64,000 bases of DNA from Octopus bimaculoides (lineage: Eukaryota). Each line of letters starts with the position of its first letter. Position 1 is the first letter of the stretch. Of this stretch, positions 54,604 to 64,000 are shown in pieces. The stretch is taken from NCBI RefSeq assembly GCF_001194135.2, contig NC_068983.1, positions 111,192,845 through 111,256,844 on the forward strand, read 5' to 3'. Below the pieces are notes generated by a model, which saw only the letters and a list, made by a program, of their open reading frames with translations, ran no database searches and was not told the origin of the DNA. The position numbers and the translations under genes were made by a program.

Positions 54604-56137
54604 CATTCACACACATTTGTGTGTGTGTGTGTGTACATGTGCAAATAAATGAATTCTACACCTTGTGCATACCATTCACTTTTTTCCGACAAACTCGGTA
54701 ATCATTTACTGTGCATTTCCTTTCCACCTTATTATCCAAAATTGTTCCATATTTATCAAATACCAATTCTGTGGTTCATTTTCTAAATACAAAACCGGAC
54801 GAAAAATGATTGATCATTGTAGGGAACATTTTAACATTTTTTGACCGCCTAACGAAAAAGCAGCGGGTTTTTTTTTGTGGGGGGTGGCTGTCTCAGTCAC
54901 TTCAATTTCTGGTTCCGCTTCTACCTGTGATTCATCGTTTGTGGTTTGCACAGTATCATAGTATTTCCGTTTCCCAGAATTTTCGGAAACGACTCAGTTA
55001 CTCCACTACTTGGAAACAGGTACTTCATTTAGTATCAATACCTCAAACACACACAGATAAATGTCTCATATATGCACATTACACCATCTCACATACTTTC
55101 ATCACTCCAAATTTCCACACTATAAATTCATATTCACCAGTTGTATACGTTATTAAACATAATTCTCACACAATAAACCACTCATACAATTGTTCACCTC
55201 CTATTACATAACACATAAGCCTATGTCCAAGTAATCACTTTCACTTATTACGTACATGCAAACACTCCTACGTATTTCTCTCTTATTTATTTTAGTACTT
55301 GTTTGCTTTTTGCTGCTTTAACAGTAACCATACGCACTTCCTGTCTGCTACTGTTCAGCATGTTTCAGTTGTGGACGTTGTCTTTTACATTTTTTATTAC
55401 TTTGGTCTAGAGAAAGAGTCCCTATCAATACTTTTTACATGCTTCTAAGAGTGGTGAAGTTAATGCTGTAAGCTATTCTGCTTAAACTATCGCAAGTCGC
55501 AACTGCAGAAATATTAACGAAAAAAAAACAAACATCAGCAAGGTGAAAATTGCAGAGAGCTGATGTTCTGGAAAGAAAGAACTAGGTATAGTAGTTAGTG
55601 TGCGATCTGGGGATGGTCCAATATATGTGATGAGAACAGAAATCATTAGGGGTCGAAAGCATTTCGATGTAGTCGGCATGAGAAAAGCTATATCCGAGGA
55701 TCATAGATCGTCGTCGAACCTTCAGAAACGACAAAAAGTGAGAAAGGCGTATCAGTGGGCCAGAGGTTAAGTTGAGTTTTTGAGCAGTTACATGTCATTC
55801 GGTTGGCTAGGCTTTCTTCAGCTGAGCTATAGAAATTCTATGCGGCTAGTAATAACATCATTTCAATGAAAGAAGAGTATTTCAGTGCGTGTTTTACTTG
55901 AGTTTATAGAAATATATTTGTTATTGTTTGGCTTTAAAGACAAAGACAATCGTTACTGTTGAGGACGTATTTTGACTACGGGCCACGAGAGATGTCAGGT
56001 GAATCTTAGGCCTTGCATACACACTCACAGACATACACACACGCACGCATATACACACACACACACACACATTCTATTGACTAGGACCGACCAAAGGCTT
56101 GTGATTGGAATTGTTAGACAAAGACTAAAAGCGTGTC

Positions 56138-56169
<32 letters not shown>

Positions 56170-56299
56170 CTGTGTGTGTCTGTGTGTGTCAGTGTGTGCA
56201 CGTGCGCACGCGTGTGTACGCATATATATATGTGTGTGTATGTATGTATATGTGTGCGTGTGAGTATGTGCTGTGCGCGTGTCTTTGTACCTGTGTTTG

Positions 56300-56500
56300 C
56301 CTCCCACCACTGCTTGACAACCAGTGTTGATGTGTTTAAGTCCCCGTAACTTAGCAGTTCGACAAATGGAACTGATACAATAAGTACTAGGCTTAAAAAG
56401 AAAGTAAGTACTGGGGTCGATTTGTTCGACTAAAATTTTTCAAGCTGGTGCCCCAACATGGCCACAGTATAATGATTGAAGCAAGTAAAAGATAACTCTA
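56300..56500 (+). mobile_element. SINE core/3' region
   Basis: CCCGTAACTTAGCAGTTCG...AAGTACTGGGGTCGATTTGTTCGACTAAA...GGTGCCCCAACATGGCCACAGT; shares the GGGGTCGAT core with other SINEs here. Confidence 0.75.
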
Positions 56501-56874
56501 AAAATAAAAGATACAACATACATGTATAAGTGAATATGTTTGTGGGTGTCTGTCTGTTGCTGTATGTTTATAGTTAGTTTTGTCAATAGAAAATACATTT
56601 AATTATATAAACATCAGATGCAAAGTGACAGCACGAACACTTCTAAGTTTGAAAAACCCGAGAATTAATAGGAATGTGCCAAAAAGAAAAAAAAATTAAA
56701 TATATAATGAAGCAATGACAACATTTACATAGCAGAATAAAATGATGAAATATAATTTTCCTTATCCATGTTACGTACTTGTGTCTGTATGTAAACATTC
56801 ATACACTTATACATTCGTAGACTCGTTCATTTTTACATGCATCAAGCAAAACTTCGAATCATATAAACGAATAT

Positions 56875-57048
56875 GCGCAGGTGTGTCTGTGTGGTAAGAA
56901 TATTACTTCCCAACCTCATGGTTCTAGATTCAGGTTCACTGCGTGTCACCTTGGGCAGATGTGTTCTACAATAACCTCGGACCGACGAAGACTTTGTGAG
57001 TGGATTTCGTAGATGGAAACTGAAAGAGGCTTGTCGTGTGTATATATA
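56875..57048 (+). mobile_element. tRNA-derived SINE with (TA) tail
   Basis: A/B-box-like head and GTAGATGGAAACTGAAAGAGGCTTGTCGTGTGTATATA 3' end. Confidence 0.8.
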
Positions 57049-57500
57049 CGAAGTCCGATTTAATAAGTATCCGGACTGGTGCTATAAAAACATAACTACA
57101 ACACGTACCAATTTGACATTTAACCTCCTTCAAAGTAGTCCTCTTCGGAAGCCACACACTTAATCCAGAGTTTTTTTGTTTTTTTTTTCATTGATGGAAG
57201 CATTCCTGGAACTCGTTTTCTGGGATAATCAGCAGCTGCCTCATCGCATTCAGTTTGATTTTCTCGACATTCTGAAATCTTTTTCCTTTCAAGATTTTTG
57301 GAAAGAGGAAAAGTCGGAAGGGGTGAGATCTGGGGTATACGTGGCTGTCGGGCATGCAGAATGTGGTGCCTAACCAAACACTGCTGCACAAGCTGCGCCG
57401 AATGGACAGGTAGATTGTCAGCTGAAAGCCGTTTTGGCACAAACTTGACAGACATGCGTCTCATGCTCAAATCTCCAGTGATAATGGACTGAACTTAACC
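57049..57500 (-). mobile_element. Internally deleted mariner transposon fragment
   Basis: MRRMSVKFVPKRLS joined directly to DNLPVHSAQLVQQ; FLFPKILKGKRFQNVEKIK...ECFHQ; WIKCVASEEDYFEG; terminus TA|CGAAGTCCGATTTAATAAGTATCCGGA. Confidence 0.9.
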
Positions 57501-57553
57501 GTAACTAATCTGCACATCCTACCAGCTAGAATTAGGAATCAACACTCCAAAGT

Positions 57554-57584
<31 letters not shown>

Positions 57585-57894
57585 GTATAAACATATATCT
57601 ATTTATTTATATCATTGTTCAGTTTTAGTTCAAGAGTTCTTGCCAATAAAGAAAGAGTCAGTTTGTAACCTAAATCCAAGGAGTTTTCAGTGGCATTTCA
57701 ACGTCAACAACAGGATATTTTTGTTTGTATGTATGTATATGTGCAGATTTGTATGTTTTGCTTTATGTATGTATTCTCACCCCTAGATAACCGTAACATT
57801 CCTCGTCAGATATAGGGGAAAGAGACAAATCATTGATGGAGATGCTGCTAGTCTGGTTTATAGTTCTCCCCACTTTTCACAACCATATAACAAC

Positions 57895-58848
57895 TTTTAA
57901 CCTGATCAAACTCCAACCCTACATCCTTTGAGAATATGTTGTAACTCGGTCAAGGCTCTTTTAAATCTCATGCATATTTTTTTGCATAAAGTTTCAAATC
58001 ATCCATAAAGAAACAGTGTGTAATTTTGGTATTTTTGTTACCTCGTTAACCAGTGAGATATCCTTCACACTTCTTTAACATGAATGACTTAGGGTTCACA
58101 GAAAGTATAAGCAACATCACAGTGAGGCTGTTCCCTTGGAATATGCCTTTGCAATACTGTATTCTATCAGTGATAATACAATCGCTCTTTGTGCTTAATT
58201 TCAATATGGTGACCCACGACGATGTCAGGTCAGCTATGCTCACTGGAACTTTAGCAAGTTGAAGGGCTTCTAGCATCCATGAGTGGGGATCAGTCAAAGG
58301 CTTTCTTGTAGTCTAGCCACATTAAAACTAGCTTCCTTCTATGCTCTCGAACCTCCGACACAACACTTTTGTTGATTAACAATTGCTCGGCACATCCCCA
58401 GACTCCCTTCTTCCCAGCTGCTTGTTTGTTCTGCTGTGATGATATTATTGGTTTCACGATGGTCCCGGAGAAAGAATTTTAAGCATACTGTATATATCTT
58501 ATACATTAAGTTCTATCATGCAATTGGCTAGTAGTTTTTGTCATATTAGTGGTTCTGCGTTTGAGGATAAATTTTGTTTCTACCAGAGCTAACCAGTGTG
58601 GTATGCTACTGTTCCTATTCAGAGCTTGATGGTACAGATTAAAAGTATGTGGTCGGTAAAAGGTTAGCTTCTTGTACCAATATCCAAAAATCAAGTCTCT
58701 TCTGGGTGCTTTTTAATTCCGGAGTTTCTGGATCGCAGTTGCAACAGTTTCACCATCAATGTTGTATGTCTTGAATGTAACACAGGAGTAAGAACTTCTT
58801 CGAATTTATTCAAACCACAGAGCATCTCAGTTATACTCCTTCTCTTCA
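57895..58848 (-). mobile_element. R4/Dong-like non-LTR retrotransposon RT fragment
   Basis: YWYKKL; EQLLINK; WLDYKKAFD.PHSWMLEAL; KGIFQGNSL; ITHCFFMDDLKLYA; FSKDVGLEF. Confidence 0.88.
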
Positions 58849-59095
58849 TGTTATTTACAATATTTACAATTGACGGATATTTGTTCTTATCTTGTGTTTT
58901 GTTAACACAACGTTTCGGCTGATATACCCCACAGCCTTCATCAGATGTCTTGAGGAAATTTCGAACCTGGGTTCTCATTCCTAATGTATTTTCGCTGTTG
59001 TTACTATTATTATTATTATTATTCAGGTCACTGCCTGGAATCGAACTCAGAATCTTGGGATTACTAGCCCGCGCTCTTAACCACTACACCATATG
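58849..59095 (-). mobile_element. Composite SINE-like element, copy B: tRNA-like head, (AAT)n, hammerhead, partial tail
   Basis: Head 59022-59095 with A-box TGGTGTAGTGG and B-box GAGTTCGATTCC; same linker and tail as copy A. Confidence 0.88.
58904..58949 (-). ncRNA. Minimal type-I hammerhead ribozyme, core intact
   Basis: GACAU-CUGAUGA-A-GGCUG(UGGGGUAUAU)CAGCC-GAAAC-GUU-GUGUU. 5-bp stem I (two G-U pairs), perfect 5-bp stem II, palindromic ACGU helix III, predicted cleavage after GUU between 58909 and 58908. Activity not demonstrated. Confidence 0.75.
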
Positions 59096-59218
59096 AAGGC
59101 TGGAGAGTATATCAACCGAAACGTTGTGTTAACAACAAACAAGCTAAGGACAAATATCCGTCAATTGTAAATAACATAAATAATGTACATAATTCCTCAT
59201 CTCTTAAATATAGAACTG
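59093..59218 (+). repeat. Inverted 5'-truncated copy (C) of the hammerhead and tail segment
   Basis: ATGAAGGCTGGAGAGTATATCAACCGAAACGTTGTGTT...AATTCCTCATCTCTTAAATATAGAACTG; the CTG of the core is missing at the junction. Confidence 0.9.
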
Positions 59219-59994
59219 TCCTTCTCTTCACTACAGATTTTCATCCAGAAGGAGTCTATGCCTTCTCGTGAAGGAGCTTCTGTGATGTTTACTGCTCCTC
59301 CTCTCATGTCTCTGTGTACTGTTGCATGGTTGCGGTTAATTTTTTTGTTTATTGTTCTTCTTTCTGTTATTCTCTTCTGATGTCGGAATTTTTCATTGAT
59401 AGCTTATAGCTCTTGCTTGAGGGTAATCAGTTTGAAAATGAGTGTCCTCTTTTTGCTGTCTCCAAGCATCATTTCTCTCTCCTTCTTTACTTTCTGTTGG
59501 TGGGACGTATAGTGATATACTTGTTTGCATGCAATACGAATCATTACATGACTGATGGTCTTCCGTAAACCAGTTATCTTTTTCTCTATATTCAAAACCC
59601 ATGATGGTACTTTCTTTGCTGTTCGGTTTTGTTTACTTCTTGAATGTTATTCATGTACTGCTTTACAGTAGTAGCCAGAGCATATAGACAGGCGTTAATC
59701 TGCCAGAATGTGGGTTCGTTACACTGCTGTAAATACTCATCACCAATTTCGTTAACAGCTTTTAATACCATATCTGGTAGTCTATTTTGATAGAGAATAC
59801 TCTATCCTCGAGTACTTCAAAGCCAATGTTATTTTTTCTCTGAAAAGTTCAGTAAGGGCATATTTCACCTGTATATAATCCTAACTACTACTACTACTAC
59901 AATTATCGTTGCGTTTGTACCTGTTATTTACCATAGTCGTAGTAAGGAGATAGTGGTCAGTTATTTGAGCCAGTAATGTAGTTTGGCTGGCAAG

Positions 59995-60092
59995 CACATA
60001 TGTATGCTTATATGTATGTATGCATGCATGCACGTATGTATGTATATATGTATGCATGTATTTGTGTGTATGTATGTATATATGTATGTATG

Positions 60093-60126
<34 letters not shown>

Positions 60127-60170
60127 TGTATGTATGTATTTGTGTGTATGTATGTATATATGTATGTATG

Positions 60171-60214
<44 letters not shown>

Positions 60215-60215
60215 G
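59995..60215. repeat. (TATG)n array with an internal higher-order duplication
   Basis: The block TTTGTGTGTATGTATGTATATATG... occurs twice about 78 bp apart. Confidence 0.9.
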
Positions 60216-60371
60216 GGAGACAGACAGACAGACTGAGAGAGAGAATGGGAGTGAGAGNNNNNNNNNNNNNNNNNNNNNNNNNNNNNNNNNNNNNNNNNNN
60301 NNNNNNNNNNNNNNNNNNNNNNNNNNNNNNNNNNNNNNNNNNNNNNNNNNNNNNNNNNNNNNNNNNNNNNN

Positions 60372-60487
60372 GAGAGAGAAGGGGAGTGAGAGAGAGAAGG
60401 GGAGTGAGAGAGAGAAGGGGAGTGAGAGAGAGAAGGGGAGTGAGAGAGAGAAGGGGAGTGAGAGAGAGAAGGGGAGTGAGAGAGAGA
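60372..60487. repeat. 18-bp purine-rich minisatellite (GAGAGAGAAGGGGAGTGA)n, at least 6 copies, extending into a gap
   Basis: Directly visible; source of the RERRGV and LTPLLS ORFs. Confidence 0.95.
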
Positions 60488-61134
60488 AACTGAATCATGT
60501 TCGGTTTTTAGATGGCTTTAGAGAGTTTATCCTCTCCCAAGCTTCCTTATTTGTGGTTCAGTTAACTTTATTGAGTCATTGTCATTTATTGTTAAATTTT
60601 AAGCACGCCATGCCCACAGTTTTCTTCTAAACTTGCTTGTTTATTCTCTGTAATAAATGGATTTCCAACTGACTGTATTGTGTATGTGAGATCTTACCAT
60701 ATTTTTTGGGTTTTTTTAGTAAGCGAAATGTTGATCTGAAGTATTTTCTAATAGCTATGTTGTTGATAAGAAAACTAATACAGATTCTCTCACAACTAAT
60801 CCGATAGGATCGAATTAACTTTTCACTATTTAGTTAAATCTTCAATGAGAGACTTAACCATACCATTTATGCATAAATATCTGGGATTCGACGACACTAG
60901 TAGATGTATACACACACACACACACACACATTCATTCATGCATACATACATACATACATAATACATACATACATATGTATATATCCTTTATATCCATTTG
61001 CGTGAAAACGTTTTTGAGTGCAATATTGCAATATTTGCCTGAGGAAACGAACATAGGCATTTTGTGGAAACGTACCTAGCAATGCATTAAAGGATTTACG
61101 AATTTCCATCCAAAGTTGATCTGATATATGTACG

Positions 61135-61179
<45 letters not shown>

Positions 61180-61198
61180 GCATATATACATACATACA

Positions 61199-61230
<32 letters not shown>

Positions 61231-61235
61231 GATAA

Positions 61236-61272
<37 letters not shown>

Positions 61273-62249
61273 TATAAATATATTTTTAATAACAGACTCA
61301 GGTCTATATGCCATTAAAGTCGTAGGCTCAGAGAATGAATGTAACTCGTTTAGTATGTGAAGTGAGCGTTAAAAACCACTTACTTTCGTTTGTCACTCAT
61401 CCTGTAGTAACGGACATTCTACGCTAATGTTTCGATCCTGCTGATTACTATTGATTCCCAGGCAGCGTTTATTTTCTTAACGCTGTTGACGCCACAGGAT
61501 TGCATAGTGCTGTTCAGTTGTCGAAACGATAGTGGTAATATCCATTTGGTAGCTGATGATGGCAATACATATTTGACATGCTCATTTGTGAATTTTGTTT
61601 TCGTTTTAGCCTTGCTGTTTTGAATTGTTCGTCATTCTTGTAAAGGGCAAACTGTTTGTGGATTTGTGGCTTGTAGAGATTATTTACATCGACAGTGATA
61701 GTTTTTCTCCATAGGTAATCTTACTTGGCTTAGGTAATACTTAGATATTGGTTTCCAGTTCTGGGAGGTTTCGTGGCATATATATATGAATAGGAATATA
61801 TATAAATACATACACACATAAATACATACGTATAAAACGTCTAGTTAGAATAGAGGCAGCTGACGAAGGATTAATTCCAAGTGGCTGTCTGTTTTCCTAT
61901 GACTTCGTTCCGTTGTCTGTAGTTCATTTTTCTAACGTCCTGTACCCTGATATGCATCTATATACACATGTAGATGTAAGTATGTACATATATGTGGGTA
62001 TACAAGCATACATATTCTTTGTATTATATACATATATATATTCTCTCTCACACACACACACACATACATATAAATATCTAAAGGTCCTTTGATAAGGGCA
62101 CACAACTAGTGTAATTTTTGTTTACGAAGAACTCCTTTAATATCTGACTAACTACAAACTGAGAGAGACTAGAAGACATTTGACGTCATCATTATAAGTT
62201 GCCATAGAAAAGAATGAATATATCAACAAGCACACCAAAACATACAAGA

Positions 62250-62515
62250 AATTCTTTACAAAAGAAGCTCTGTCAGTAATATAGACTTCAGACACAAATC
62301 TAATAACACAAGCACATTTTAAACAATACCGGAAAATAAACTATACGAAAATAGGACACCTATTTACATAGTGAGAGACACATAAATACAAACCACATTA
62401 ACATTATTGTCAAGGACCATAAAGACAAAGGTACTTTATATATTGATATTTAAATCCCAATAGATGAAAATATCCCCAGGCATGAATGAAGTAACTAAGT
62501 ATAAAGACCAAATAT
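62250..62515 (+). mobile_element. Degraded RLE-domain fragment (R4/NeSL type)
   Basis: Frameshifted NKPxIIVKDHKDK...IDI.IP.DENI...TKYKD. Confidence 0.6.
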
Positions 62516-62994
62516 AGATGTAATTCGTTTAATATTTATTGCAACCTGTTTGTTGTTTATTGATATGACAATGGAGAAAATTATTATATTATTTCTCTTT
62601 TACTATTAGAATCAGTACCATGTGTATTAAATTTATCAGACTACCTGAATATTGTTGAGTCGGTGTTTTTTGTCCGTCACATGTGTGTGTGTGTGTGTGT
62701 GTGCGTGCGTGTGTGTGTGCGTGTGAGCGTGTGCGTGTTTAGCTGGCGTGTTTTCTATTTTCATTTTATTCCATTGCGTTTATGTTGGCTGCCTTTTCTA
62801 TATGTCATATGGTTGAAACAGTTTGGATATACGTGCGTGTCGTTATCAGCAACCTCAATATAATAATATTACTGGAATTGATTGTATCCTTATATATATA
62901 TAAACAGAGAGAGAGAGAGAGTAAAAGAGAGACAGATAGATTGATAGATAGAAAGACAGAAAAACTGATATATATGTGCGTGTGTGCGTTTGTG

Positions 62995-63027
<33 letters not shown>

Positions 63028-64000
63028 CTGTATATATATATATATATATATATTCATGTGCGTGTGCATGTATGTGTTTAGGAGAAAATTCTTGGGCAAC
63101 AAAAAGGTAAAAATAGATTACTAATGCGAGATAAAGAGCGTTATGATATATTTTGTAGTTAGAAATTTCAACACACAATACTCTGGCTTTCCTTTCATGA
63201 TTCCACTCGTTCCACAGAAGTGGAAGATGGTGTAAGAAAATGCAATAAATATACATCTACTGAATAAATTTACACGAAATATACAGTTGAAGAAAAAAAG
63301 GCACTAAAAATTCACCAATGATTCCTACCATTCATTGAATATTTGAATTTGACGCAGAACTGATTGGATAGAGAGATTGTGTTATCTTCTAGTGTTTAGC
63401 ATACCTGGGGAAACATACAAGATTGGGTGATCTTTAGAATGTTCCTGCTTTATATTAAACATACAAACATGTGTTCACACAGCCATGCAAAACACAAGAA
63501 GATAACGGCAATTTTCAATATCCGACCAAAACTTACAGTCAAATTCAAAAATTGGCTGTTTTTTTCCGAACAGCTTTCACAAGGCTTTTGAAATTTTGTG
63601 CGCACTTTTCTATGAAAGCTCTTTTGTGTAATATACCATAATAGATTATGTATAGGTTAACCTTTCTGGTTCCAGCGTACACTATATTCCAAATATCGTA
63701 ACACTGCGGAATTCGTTGTAATTCGTAGTACAGTGGCTAGTTTTGTGCATTTTTATCTGCACACCAAAATACAATCACATAATATATAAGTGCATATATA
63801 TATATATATATATGGAATCGTGACATATGAGGAACATGTCATTTAGAAACTAAGAAAATCCACTTAGTGCATTTTCTTAGATTCTATACATTTTGAATAT
63901 GAGTTTCGGCCGTTATTCAAACAGGCTGAATATTGATTGAATAATTCGCACCGGGAAAATAATATATATGTAGATAAATTAATATATATATATATATTAT

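Noticed and set aside
55795-55835. Minus-strand CTGAAGA...CCGAAT hammerhead-like motif
   Set aside because: GAAA box is altered, and neither stem I nor stem II pairs convincingly.
59022-59095. Possible tRNA gene
   Set aside because: A and B boxes are present but the acceptor stem is poor, and the anticodon differs between copies A and B; it is a SINE-type head.

Overview
AT-rich metazoan genomic DNA with seven N gaps, mostly flanked by microsatellites. The SINE families and microsatellite load point to a coleoid cephalopod, most likely Octopus (inference from recognised repeat motifs, no search run). I found no host protein-coding gene, functional tRNA, rRNA or CRISPR array. Nearly every listed ORF is a simple-repeat translation or a decayed transposon fragment. 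The window holds an internally deleted Gypsy LTR element, RTE, CR1, Tx1 and R4/Dong-type non-LTR remnants, Tc1/mariner fragments and MITEs, a probable Helitron remnant and many tRNA-derived SINEs. The most interesting signal is a composite repeat present at two loci (44710-45014 and 58849-59095, minus strand): tRNA-like Pol III head, (AAT)n, minimal type-I hammerhead ribozyme motif, AT-rich tail. Each copy has an inverted partial copy of its own 3' part abutting its 5' end, as in Penelope-type insertions. The copy at 58904-58949 keeps every hammerhead core nucleotide. Boundaries of degraded elements are approximate.
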